A DNA stretch of 37,537 bases from a virus. Lineage: Duplodnaviria; Caudoviricetes. A program made the position numbers and the translations under genes. The DNA lies in IMG/VR virus record IMGVR_UViG_3300038365_000215, positions 1 through 37,537 of that record. One strand, 5' to 3'. The notes under the pieces are model-generated. The model was not told the origin of the DNA. It made no database searches and worked only from the letters and a program-made list of their open reading frames with translations. Below are positions 16,984 to 25,680 of this stretch, piece by piece (positions within the stretch are counted from its first letter, which is position 1; each line of letters begins with the position of its first letter).

Positions 16984-18382
16984 ATTTTTTAATCACCTCT
17001 AAAATAGCGCGCGTGTTATCATCGTATTCGTCTTTTGCATATGCTGTCCTAATCAGATTGTTCAACGTGTTTACATACACCGTTCCCTGTGTTCCATAAT
17101 AACGCTCAAATCGACCGCCCCATACAGAAACGGATATTTTGGCATCATGTATCCACTGGATGGCTTGCTCCCTTGTAACCTCATGCCCACGTTCTGAATT
17201 GATATGCTTATCATCAAACGAAAGCAAATCCATATCAACCGGTGCGGGGGAAAAATGAATTTTTGCGGTCTTAGGAAGCTTTCCAGCAGTTCGAATTTTT
17301 TCTTTTATTATATCACTTTTGCCCGAACTTACAACATCACTTTTCTCTGAAGCATTATCTACATCCTGTGCTTTCCACTCATCATAGGTCATATTCTCCG
17401 GTACATAGTATGTTTTGCCGTCTTCTCCACGGGCGGCGCGTTCTCCTGGTGCCTCATCTTCCACCACCGGCGCTTTGCAGCAGCGACAGCGGGCATGAAA
17501 CGGCGGAGCATTAATGCCCGCTGCTTCTTCCTTCAATGGGAACTGTTTACCGTCCATGGCAGCACACGTTTCACAAGTAGTGCTGTCCAGAGCGGCAACA
17601 ATCTCGTATTTCTCGACACCGAGTTCCGCAAAATTGTCGGCCTGCGCCTGATTGGCAAAAAACGTGCTCTCGGTCTGCACCAACGTCTGTGCGCGGCTTT
17701 CCGAAACAGCAAAGCGCTTGGAAAGGTGCTGCACCATTTTATCCGGCGGGTCCCCTCGAATGATGCCCTGCGTCAGACCGGCGTTCAGTTCCTGTAACAG
17801 CTGAGTACGGTTCTTCCAGATGCGTTCACTAAAATCGGCTCCGTCCGCCGCCCACGGTTTCGAGAGAACTTTGTCTACCTGCGCCGTGTCAATCTTTGCG
17901 AACGGAGCACCGTGCCCGGCAGCTTTCTGTACTTCGTAGGCAGTGTGGTAATAAGTGTCTTCATAGATGCTGGAAAGCGTATCATGCAAGCCGCTTTTAA
18001 GGCCATCGGTCGCCTCGTGGGCGTGCTCATAGCACTGCATTTGTAACGCTTCCAAACGGTTGATATGGACGCGGGTGGATGCATTCACAAGCTGCTTTGT
18101 CCAGTCGGCGGATATGCCGTTTTCTTCGCCGTGCTTAATGTACTCTTCCACCGTCCAATGGAATTCTTCCAGCTCGTCTTTTTTTAGTACCTTTCGCGCT
18201 TCCGCCATGCTGATGCCGTTATTTTCGGCAAACTTGGCGCACCACTTTTCAATGTCGGCCTGCATGGAACGCGCCGCCTGCCGGTAGGCCGCCGAAACGT
18301 CCTTCCCGTAGTCATCGGCCTTGTGCATTTCCGCATCCATGAGGGTACTCATTCGCTTTGCCCAGTAATCAGGATTTTTCAT
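16973..18382 (-). CDS. Minor capsid protein MuF (SPP1 gp7-like) with a C-terminal toxin-like extension
   Basis: YWAKR, FSERIW, LVQTE, LDSTTCETC..MDG and PPFHARCRC MuF motifs, followed by about 130 extra aa. Confidence 0.9.
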   Translation of the reverse strand: MKNPDYWAKRMSTLMDAEMHKADDYGKDVSAAYRQAARSMQADIEKWCAKFAENNGISMAEARKVLKKDELEEFHWTVEEYIKHGEENGISADWTKQLVNASTRVHINRLEALQMQCYEHAHEATDGLKSGLHDTLSSIYEDTYYHTAYEVQKAAGHGAPFAKIDTAQVDKVLSKPWAADGADFSERIWKNRTQLLQELNAGLTQGIIRGDPPDKMVQHLSKRFAVSESRAQTLVQTESTFFANQAQADNFAELGVEKYEIVAALDSTTCETCAAMDGKQFPLKEEAAGINAPPFHARCRCCKAPVVEDEAPGERAARGEDGKTYYVPENMTYDEWKAQDVDNASEKSDVVSSGKSDIIKEKIRTAGKLPKTAKIHFSPAPVDMDLLSFDDKHINSERGHEVTREQAIQWIHDAKISVSVWGGRFERYYGTQGTVYVNTLNNLIRTAYAKDEYDDNTRAILEVIKKYAL

Positions 18383-19817
18383 TGCTGTTCACCGGTTCCT
18401 GAGGCTGTCCGTTATCATGCTGTGGGAATACACCTGGCGGATAAGCCGGAACTTCTTCCTGCTTCTGCTCTTTCATCTGCTCCAATTCTTTGTCTACATC
18501 ATCAACAAACGGGTGGTGTGCCAAAATTGTGCGGTCGGAAACAAGGCCCACACTGTCTTTACACTGCTGGATCAGCTCGCTGTTATTAATCAGTACATTT
18601 CGGTTAAAGGTAATCTTCACCGGCACGCCGTCAAAATTACCCACCCCGCTATTCGCAAGGTGGGCATTGACAAACCAGAGCAGTTCTTCAAAACTTGCCT
18701 GGAACTCGATTTCCATGGCGTTGGCGTCCAGGTCAATATCTGAATACATAGACTGGATATTCATCTGGTTCGGATTTCCGTTCAGCCGGTCATCTTTAGC
18801 ATCATAACCGCGGGCATTTTCAATCAGCGCCTGTTTGAAGAGGGAAAGAATTGTTTTATAATTTTCAGCATTTAATTCGATATTCAGCGTGCTGACGCCT
18901 CCGCCCGGGCTGCCGGTGTCATTCCGGACTTTCACAGCACCATAGGTTGCAAGGTTACGCCGCAGCTCACCAAGGTCGGTTCCGTCGTAATTAACAACGA
19001 CAAGAATGGTATTACGCGGATCTTCCAGCATTCCATTTTCAAACGCACTCTCCATCAGATTGATAGCGTCCTGCAAAGGCTTCACACGGCAAATCAACGG
19101 GATTTCTGCGGCGTTGGCCTTCCACGCCACAAGCGGAATCTTCGACCAATTCAGCGACTTGCCACCAACTGTAGCGTAAGGCGTATGGAATGGGGTTTCC
19201 GGAGTCAGCAGCCCATTCTCTAACGCGAAATAGTCGACGCCGCCCAGCGTGAAGACTTCAACGTGCTCCACAATCTTTTCAGTTTCACCCTCGTACGCTT
19301 CAACTTCGTATAAATAAATTGCAGCGTCCAGCCGTGTGTGTTCCGCGTCTGCCCAAAACGGCAGAACCTGATACGGTTCAAACCGGCGAAACTGAAATGC
19401 ACCGTAATCGTTATAATACGGCATCAGCCATCCGATACCGCCGTTCAGTGCGTCCTCGCCAAGGAGGCGAAGCTGCCGCAGAAAGTGCGCACCGAAAATC
19501 TTTTGAAGCGCGGCGGTATAGGCCTTGTCCTCACTATCAAAAGTCGGGGGCTTCCCCAGCAAATAATCCGTCTTCTGGTTCACCATTCTTGCATATTGGT
19601 TATCTACGATTTGCGCGTTCGGCAGGTTATGTACCACTTCCAGCTTACCATCTTTCCCTATTGCCGTGCGCTGGTGGTACAGAATGTCCTGCTCGCCGCG
19701 CTGGTACTTGGCACCGGTAATCTGTGTCCGGCGCTGCGGAGACTGCTTCCACTGCTGAATCTGCCGGGTAAGAAACTGCCGGTCGCTCATCTGAGAGGCC
19801 GCCCCTGCCTGAATCAT
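18369..19817 (-). CDS. Portal protein, SPP1 family (start may be upstream at ACG 19865)
   Basis: NQKTDYLLGKP, KIPLV, YSDIDLDAN, ITFNR and HPFVDD..EL motifs. Confidence 0.93.
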   Translation of the reverse strand: MIQAGAASQMSDRQFLTRQIQQWKQSPQRRTQITGAKYQRGEQDILYHQRTAIGKDGKLEVVHNLPNAQIVDNQYARMVNQKTDYLLGKPPTFDSEDKAYTAALQKIFGAHFLRQLRLLGEDALNGGIGWLMPYYNDYGAFQFRRFEPYQVLPFWADAEHTRLDAAIYLYEVEAYEGETEKIVEHVEVFTLGGVDYFALENGLLTPETPFHTPYATVGGKSLNWSKIPLVAWKANAAEIPLICRVKPLQDAINLMESAFENGMLEDPRNTILVVVNYDGTDLGELRRNLATYGAVKVRNDTGSPGGGVSTLNIELNAENYKTILSLFKQALIENARGYDAKDDRLNGNPNQMNIQSMYSDIDLDANAMEIEFQASFEELLWFVNAHLANSGVGNFDGVPVKITFNRNVLINNSELIQQCKDSVGLVSDRTILAHHPFVDDVDKELEQMKEQKQEEVPAYPPGVFPQHDNGQPQEPVNSNEKS

Positions 19818-19880
19818 CCCGTTAATTAGGGTCGTTTCTGTTTCGCCGTCAAAAAAATATGGCGTACTGTATCACCTCTT

Positions 19881-21107
19881 CTACTCAAAGCTGAATGTCG
19901 GGCCTTGCAGGATGGTATTCACAAAATATCGGATGTCATCCATCGCGTGGTCGTTTTCTTTTATCGGCTTATCCTCTGCTTTTTTGTCATCCCAGCGGTA
20001 GGATTTGAATTCTGTAATTGCACCGGAGCAGTTTTCGCAAACCACAATTTTACCATCATGGAAAGCCGCAGCAGTACGTCGAATACCATTCAGAACATCG
20101 TTGTTTGCCGGGCGCACATAGAATTTTCCATGCCTGCGTATGCAGGCGATGAAAGAGGCCGCCGACGGGTCAATTACAACCGCCTGAATCTTCCGGCCAC
20201 CCGCAAGCTTTTCCAGTGCAGCGTAGTATTCTTCGTCTGTGCGCTGCGACTGTGTATCGCGGCCACTGTAGTAATACTCGTCACAGCGGTACCACACGCC
20301 CTTGCATAGTCCCCACAGCCCCATACTGCAAGGGTTCAGTGTGCCATAATCGCAGGAAATGTAATATTGCACATAGTCACGCGGCTGGTTCGGTACAATG
20401 CCCTGCCCGTTCGCTTGTTCCGGGTAAATTAATCCTTCCGCCACTACCCATTTACCGAGTATATAACGGTCATAGAATACGCCGGAATACATATTTTCAT
20501 AGCGCTGCCGGACTTCCGGTGAAAGCGTCAAGTTGTCATCCATCGAAAAATGCAGATGCAGGGTATTCTTTTTCTTCGCCTGCTGTACCCATTCCAAATA
20601 GAACCAATGTGCCGGTGATTCTGGGTTGCAGTTGAACCAAAAGCGGCTGCCCGGAACGCTGCATCGGGCAAGAGCCTGCTCCACAAAACTGCGCGGCATC
20701 AAGGCTACTTCATCAAAAAGCACACCGGCAAGCGTCATACCTTGAATCAGCATATAAGAACTCTCGTCGCGTCCACCAAACATGAAATAGCTGTTCCTAT
20801 GCTCACCGGCAGAAATAATCAGCTTGTTTTCACTGCGCCGCTCTTCTACTTTGAATATTCCCTCCAGCCAGTGAGACATTTGCAAAATAACGTTGCGCCG
20901 CAGGGATTCAATCGTCTTGCCACAGATGGCAAAAATCTGACCGTTAAACTGCGTCATACTCCACATAACAAATCCAGCCGTCATGGACAGAGTCTTACCC
21001 GACCGAATCGAACCATCACACAGTATGGCATCATATCCGGCGTACCGCGGCAGCTGCCACCATTCCATTGTAATCAGCTGCTTTTGGCTGAATCGTCCGT
21101 ACTGCAC
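19881..21107 (-). CDS. terL: Terminase large subunit, PBSX family
   Basis: Walker A DGSIRSGKT, Walker B FDEVAL, NCNP, DYGT.NP, DPSA and DHAMDDIRY motifs. Confidence 0.96.
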   Translation of the reverse strand: MQYGRFSQKQLITMEWWQLPRYAGYDAILCDGSIRSGKTLSMTAGFVMWSMTQFNGQIFAICGKTIESLRRNVILQMSHWLEGIFKVEERRSENKLIISAGEHRNSYFMFGGRDESSYMLIQGMTLAGVLFDEVALMPRSFVEQALARCSVPGSRFWFNCNPESPAHWFYLEWVQQAKKKNTLHLHFSMDDNLTLSPEVRQRYENMYSGVFYDRYILGKWVVAEGLIYPEQANGQGIVPNQPRDYVQYYISCDYGTLNPCSMGLWGLCKGVWYRCDEYYYSGRDTQSQRTDEEYYAALEKLAGGRKIQAVVIDPSAASFIACIRRHGKFYVRPANNDVLNGIRRTAAAFHDGKIVVCENCSGAITEFKSYRWDDKKAEDKPIKENDHAMDDIRYFVNTILQGPTFSFE

Positions 21108-21559
21108 GCAGCGTCAGCTCCCTTCGCGCTTTCCCTGATTTCTTCAAGCAGATTGTTTTCTGCCTGGTCGGTCTGTGTGTTCACTGGGTGGTCGCGCCAC
21201 TTGTCCGGTCGACGGTTCTTCAGCCACATGGCGGCCGCTCCGGTGTCGGGGGCAACCATTTTTGTAACGCGCTTGGTCTCAATGCCGCCTTCCAACGTCA
21301 CTTCATCGTACTGAAAACCTTTTGCCCGCTTCAAAAGTGCATTCTCGACCTCAATATCAACGACTTCTTTGCCTCTTTTTAAGGTGTCCGATATGTCCGG
21401 ATACTTCTTCTTCCAAGCAGCAAGAGTAGACCGGCGAATTCCCATGTTGTGGGCAAGCTGCTCATCAGTAAGGCCGTCCCGCGCCCAAGCTTCCAGAAGT
21501 AGTCGGCCGTCTTTTGTCAGCCACTTTTGATATTTGCCTTTCGCCACATGGCTCACCAC
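21074..21559 (-). CDS. terS: Terminase small subunit (HTH); the true start is probably GTG 21547
   Basis: WARDGLTDEQLA.NMGI, VENALLKRA.G and WLKNRRPDKWRD motifs. Overlaps terL. Confidence 0.88.
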   Translation of the reverse strand: MVSHVAKGKYQKWLTKDGRLLLEAWARDGLTDEQLAHNMGIRRSTLAAWKKKYPDISDTLKRGKEVVDIEVENALLKRAKGFQYDEVTLEGGIETKRVTKMVAPDTGAAAMWLKNRRPDKWRDHPVNTQTDQAENNLLEEIRESAKGADAACSTDDSAKSS

Positions 21560-21675
21560 CTCGTTTCAAACGTTTTTGCCAATAAATATCCGCCCTGTGT
21601 TCTGCCGGCCCGTAGACACGGACATTGAACGCAGGACGGTAATGGGATTTCATAGGATCACCACCAAAATGGCAT

Positions 21676-21702
21676 AAAAAAGGACGCCGCGATGGGCGCC
21701 CC
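21676..21702 (-). terminator. Intrinsic terminator upstream of terS
   Basis: GGGGCGCC-CATCGC-GGCGTCCT-TTTTTATGCC. Confidence 0.7.
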
Positions 21703-21720
21703 AGAAAATGTTAAATAATG

Positions 21721-21749
21721 TTGAATATTAGAAAATTAAATGATATAGT
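21721..21749 (+). promoter_or_regulatory. Sigma-A-type promoter of the beta-family moron
   Basis: TTGAAT-17 nt-TATAGT with an extended TG. GGAGG RBS at 21770. Confidence 0.7.
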
Positions 21750-21782
21750 AATGACAAATAAAAAATATTGGAGGTATTTAGA

Positions 21783-22808
21783 ATGTCAAGAAAAAGTTAT
21801 TACTATCCAGCTCTAAAATGGAAATTAGGCGAAAGGGAGGCATTAAAGCAAATTTCAACGCCATCTGATTCTTTTATACCAATTTTTGAACTTGTCGAAG
21901 ACTCATACACAGGCATTGAAGATTTTTTTAAAAAAACTGCATCTTGCTATAATGGGAAATTTTATTTTGACACAATTTGCATTGATGATAGCGAAAGAAA
22001 CATTTTAAAGAATCTTATTCGCTATGCCTCTCAGCATTCAATAGAAGCATATCCAATTATGTATCCAGAAGATATTAAATCCGGATTAGTACAACAGGTT
22101 TCCTGTCAAGTAAGCAACTTTGGATTTAACATCCCAATACCTGAAGGTTCTCTACCCAATAGCCAAATTGTTTCGGATTTGCTTCCGTATGCAGAAAAAA
22201 CGAACCTCTTTCTTAATGCAGGAATTATTGTTACAGAGCAAAATGATAATTTAATTACTTTTGCATGTACTGATTTCATTAAAAAAGAGGAAAGTAAATT
22301 AACAAATTTCTACAAAGTCACATTTGCTGCTTGTTCAATTCCAGAAGAACTAAGCAATGTTGAATCAGGCGGAACCGAATATTTTACACGCTACAGCATA
22401 GACGTATTTGAGCGTCTAATCCAAACATATAAATCTCATTTGCTTATTAGTAAGCTTTCATACTCTGATTGTGGTTCTGCCGGATTATCATATGTTAAGT
22501 TTGACCCAAGAACAATGAGAGTATTGCCAAAAATAAGGTACACAACCAATAAATATTATATTGTGTTAAAAGGTAAAAAAGATTGGACTACCAGCGCAAT
22601 GACTAAGGGGTATAAAGAATTAGCACGTGAAGTCGTAAACTCTAAATACTACTACGGAAAAGATTTTAGTTATGGTGATGAAAGGATATATGAAAAAGCA
22701 AATGACCAAAGCTCTGGAGTTGGGAATAATTGTCAATGGGTAACATACACTACTAATCATCACATAGCTGTGTTAGTGGCACAGCTCTCCAGTTTACTCG
22801 GTGTTTGA
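21783..22808 (+). CDS. Beta family protein (T4 beta-like / sce7725-related)
   Basis: N-terminal YYPALKWKLGEREAL, PKIRYTT, FSYGDERI and C-terminal W...TNHHI motifs. AT-rich. Confidence 0.8.
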   Translation: MSRKSYYYPALKWKLGEREALKQISTPSDSFIPIFELVEDSYTGIEDFFKKTASCYNGKFYFDTICIDDSERNILKNLIRYASQHSIEAYPIMYPEDIKSGLVQQVSCQVSNFGFNIPIPEGSLPNSQIVSDLLPYAEKTNLFLNAGIIVTEQNDNLITFACTDFIKKEESKLTNFYKVTFAACSIPEELSNVESGGTEYFTRYSIDVFERLIQTYKSHLLISKLSYSDCGSAGLSYVKFDPRTMRVLPKIRYTTNKYYIVLKGKKDWTTSAMTKGYKELAREVVNSKYYYGKDFSYGDERIYEKANDQSSGVGNNCQWVTYTTNHHIAVLVAQLSSLLGV

Positions 22809-23355
22809 GAGTACTTCTAACAAAGCCATTAATAGTTGTACGGTCAATATTTTGTGCAGCTATTTCAGCAAGTTTATATCTGCTTTTTGATTTTAATCCT
22901 CTAACTATTTCTGTGCTTTCACAGATAAGTTCTATAAGCTCGTCTTTCCATAACAAATTAGCTAATTGCACACAATTTACATGATGGTTTACTTTCGGCC
23001 TACGCCTTTCCTTTAGCGTAGACCCATTTTTTGTTTTGTCAATGCAGTAGATTCCCCACCACTTAGGTATAATCTTTCGAGCTTGTTTCAAATGTTCTTT
23101 GCAAGTAATAAGTGTCATAGTGTCGAAGACTTCATTGTATGATGGGACCTGTCGAGGCAACCTTTCCAGAGTATCCTGCGGGCTTTTAATTTCATATCCG
23201 TGTAATTGGCCATTTACAATTGCAATATCGGCTCTGGTGAACCCGCCACAAATATCAAGTTCACTAATTAGATAAGTATCATCATTGTTAAAAGCTGGTA
23301 CTCGTGAAAGAGCTGAAATCAACATTTTCCTCATGTCTTTATCATAAATTGCCAT
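22753..23355 (-). CDS. sce7726 family protein (PD-(D/E)XK nuclease-like)
   Basis: RADIAIVNGQLHGYEIKS..DTLERL..Q...Y..VFD, P.WWGI and LLWKDEL motifs. GGAG RBS; TGcTATAAT at 23386-23394. Confidence 0.82.
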   Translation of the reverse strand: MAIYDKDMRKMLISALSRVPAFNNDDTYLISELDICGGFTRADIAIVNGQLHGYEIKSPQDTLERLPRQVPSYNEVFDTMTLITCKEHLKQARKIIPKWWGIYCIDKTKNGSTLKERRRPKVNHHVNCVQLANLLWKDELIELICESTEIVRGLKSKSRYKLAEIAAQNIDRTTINGFVRSTLKHRVNWRAVPLTQLCDD

Positions 23356-23565
23356 TACTATCACTCCATCATATATGCTTTGCTTATTATAGCAGTTTGA
23401 TAAAAACTTTTCCATACTCAGATTAGCAAAATCTAAATAAAATTGTTTCAAGCTCACGCGGCCTGCCGGTGCTACCCCGGCATTAATGCACTGTCAGCCG
23501 CATATATTGCGCCGCCCACTGTTGCAGGCGGCGCATAAAAGGAAGGAGGTTTGTCAGCCCGATAT

Positions 23566-24318
23566 TCATACCGCCTCGGCGCCGGGCGATGCATTTTTTG
23601 TCCGTTCAATCGCTGTTTTATAATATTCTGGATCCGTTTCGAACCCGGTGTACTTTCTCCCGCTCCGGATACAAGCAACCGCCGTCGTACCGCTGCCCAT
23701 GCAGCTGTCAAGGACAAGCTCGCCGGGATTCGTGTAAGTTCGGATGAGATATTCAAACAGTGCCACCGGCTTCTGCGTCGGGTGCAGGCCCCGCTCGCAT
23801 TTTATTTCAAGCAACTGGCGCGGGTAATGAACGATGCAGGTTTCTGTATCTTTCCCCAGGCTGCCATCCATCCGGTAAACCGAATCGCCGTGCTTTGGAA
23901 TCGGCTTTCCCCGGCGCTTTATTGGCTTATCAAGTACGATTATGCCCTGAGGGTTGTATGTAGGTGCGTGCTTATAAAATACGCAGACTTCCTCGATGCA
24001 CCGCAGCGGCTGATGCTTTGCAAATGCAAAGCCAGTCGCCATATTTTTGTACCAGTACCAGCAGTACCGAAAAATCTTTGGCTGGCTGGAGATTAGCCGT
24101 GTCGTAAACGGCTGGCAGGCTGTCAAAACAATGGCCCCGTTGTCCTTGATAATCCGTAAATACTGTTTCCACAGCTTATTAAACGGAAGAAGGCTGTCCC
24201 ACCGGCAATCCGTTATGCCATACGGCAAGTCGGAAAGTATCATGTCTATACTTTTGTCTGGGTACATACTCATACCCGCGATGCAATCCATGTTAAATAT
24301 TTTGTTAATGTAGTTCAT
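23566..24318 (-). CDS. DNA methyltransferase, N6-A/N4-C (beta class), orphan
   Basis: DLPY catalytic motif, HPTQKP and VLDSCMGSGTT SAM-binding motif. GGAAGGAG RBS before ATG 24318. Confidence 0.93.
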   Translation of the reverse strand: MNYINKIFNMDCIAGMSMYPDKSIDMILSDLPYGITDCRWDSLLPFNKLWKQYLRIIKDNGAIVLTACQPFTTRLISSQPKIFRYCWYWYKNMATGFAFAKHQPLRCIEEVCVFYKHAPTYNPQGIIVLDKPIKRRGKPIPKHGDSVYRMDGSLGKDTETCIVHYPRQLLEIKCERGLHPTQKPVALFEYLIRTYTNPGELVLDSCMGSGTTAVACIRSGRKYTGFETDPEYYKTAIERTKNASPGAEAV

Positions 24319-24356
24319 GCGGCTCCTTCCCGTCGGAGCCCGCACACTAAGGCATG

Positions 24357-24386
24357 AAAAAAGCGCCCGGCCATCGCCGAACGCCT
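24357..24386 (-). terminator. Intrinsic terminator just downstream of the putative late promoter
   Basis: GGCGTTCGGC-GATG-GCCGGGCGCT-TTTTTCATGC. Confidence 0.7.
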
Positions 24387-24401
24387 TTCTGAAATTCCTT
24401 G

Positions 24402-24460
24402 ATTATATTGTAGCACAAATAAAGTACCGGGAAAGTCCGGTTTTGTCCGAAAGCGTCCGG
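24402..24460 (-). promoter_or_regulatory. Putative late promoter with helically phased activator-binding repeats
   Basis: GTCCG at 24435, 24445 and 24455, plus GTACCGG at 24424 (10-bp period). TGcTACAAT at 24407-24415 with no canonical -35. Confidence 0.6.
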
Positions 24461-24464
24461 CTTT

Positions 24465-24959
24465 TTAGCGAATCATTCCCGGAAAAACGACCTGGTCGGC
24501 CAACACCATTAGCTGCAGCAGCGCAACCCGTACCCGCTCAAGGACTTGGCTTTTGCTGTAATTTACTTTGTCGGCAATCTCTTTCCATGTCGGCCGGCGG
24601 CTGTATTTTCGGTTCTTCGGATCCCCCATGTACCGCAGCTCCAGTATGTACCGGTCAACCGGATCCAGCTTCCCCAGTGCAACGCCCAGCCAATTCTGTT
24701 TTTCCTGCAGGTCCGCAATCCGTTTCTGGCAAGCCATCTCCTCCTTTTCGTAGAATCGTGCCTGGTCCCTTAATGCCATGGAGGCTGTCCTGTCTCCGGT
24801 CATGCCTTTGCCGCCCGGCAGCCCCGTGAGGTTGACGGACGGCAGTGTTATCTCGCTTTTCTCAGCTTCGCAGTGGCGGATGGTAGCCCATTCCTCGGCA
24901 ATCATCTGCGGGATATCGTAATAGATTTTCAACAGATTCTTCACTTCATCGACCGTCAA
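24465..24959 (-). CDS. Late transcriptional activator (ArpU/RinA-like, sigma70 region-4 HTH)
   Basis: ALGKLDPVDRYILELRY...WKEIADKVNYS motif. Last early gene before the packaging module. Confidence 0.8.
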   Translation of the reverse strand: MTVDEVKNLLKIYYDIPQMIAEEWATIRHCEAEKSEITLPSVNLTGLPGGKGMTGDRTASMALRDQARFYEKEEMACQKRIADLQEKQNWLGVALGKLDPVDRYILELRYMGDPKNRKYSRRPTWKEIADKVNYSKSQVLERVRVALLQLMVLADQVVFPGMIR

Positions 24960-24982
24960 TGGTTACCACCCTTTTCTGCATT

Positions 24983-25282
24983 TTACCTGTCAACTGCTTT
25001 GTAGTTCTCGCGCTGAAGCTCAAGCTTTAGCTCTTCAATCACAATTTTATCGATATGTTCCCAGAAGATTTCATCCTTTTCGGCTTCTTCAGCGAGCCTT
25101 GAAATCGTTCCAAGGAAGTCCGCCGCTCGGTCATGGCCGAAACCGAACTGCTCGTGCAGAGCGACGATTGACAGCTTCACATACCGCATGAAATTCTCAT
25201 TCTGGATACTGTCGTCGTATTCTTTCACAATAGCCTTCTCGCGTTTCGTCAAACGCATTGAAGCAGGAATGTGGGCTTTCAT
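24983..25282 (-). CDS. Hypothetical phage protein
   Basis: GGAGG RBS before ATG 25282. ALHEQFGFG..R motif is common in Clostridia prophage early genes. Confidence 0.75.
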   Translation of the reverse strand: MKAHIPASMRLTKREKAIVKEYDDSIQNENFMRYVKLSIVALHEQFGFGHDRAADFLGTISRLAEEAEKDEIFWEHIDKIVIEELKLELQRENYKAVDR

Positions 25283-25333
25283 GTATTTCTCGCCTCCAAT
25301 GATTTGCCATTCTTCCGCGCGTATATTTTTCAC

Positions 25334-25444
25334 GCTCGTTCACACTTTGTTAACACAGATTTTTTTTCAAAATGAAATGCTCGTTCACACTTTGTTAACA
25401 CGGATTTTTTTCAAAATAAAATGCTCCTTTACACTTTGTTAACA
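25334..25444. repeat. About 2.5 x 44-45-bp intergenic tandem repeat with a TGTTAACA palindrome
   Basis: GCTCGTTCACACTTTGTTAACAC.GATTTTTTT(T)CAAAAT.AAAT at 25334-25378 and 25379-25422, partial copy 25423-25444. Confidence 0.92.
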
Positions 25445-25680
25445 GCATCAGTCAAAATCATCATCGTACTTATGCAGCTTCAAAGCAGTTAAATTCTTTC
25501 TAAATTTCGGCTCGATACCATTTTCATTTACACTCTCGTACGGAGATAGTGATTTGATGTACCCTTATTTTCGCCTGTAATCCTCTGTAATTGATTTTTG
25601 TGTTGCACACAGTATCTTTTCCTAATATAGCTTATAAATGTCGCACATGGAATCGTAGAGCGTCACAGAGGCATAATAGC

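Noticed and set aside
23458-23501. Canonical tRNA gene
   Set aside because: No D arm, anticodon arm or TTC motif. Kept only as a candidate tRNA-like structure.
22753-24318. MTase plus sce7726 nuclease as a type II restriction-modification pair
   Set aside because: They differ in base composition and are separated by structured sequence and a separate promoter. Orphan MTases are common at this phage position.
25334-25444. Possible mini-CRISPR array
   Set aside because: The sequences between the cores are near-identical rather than unique spacers, and no cas genes are present.
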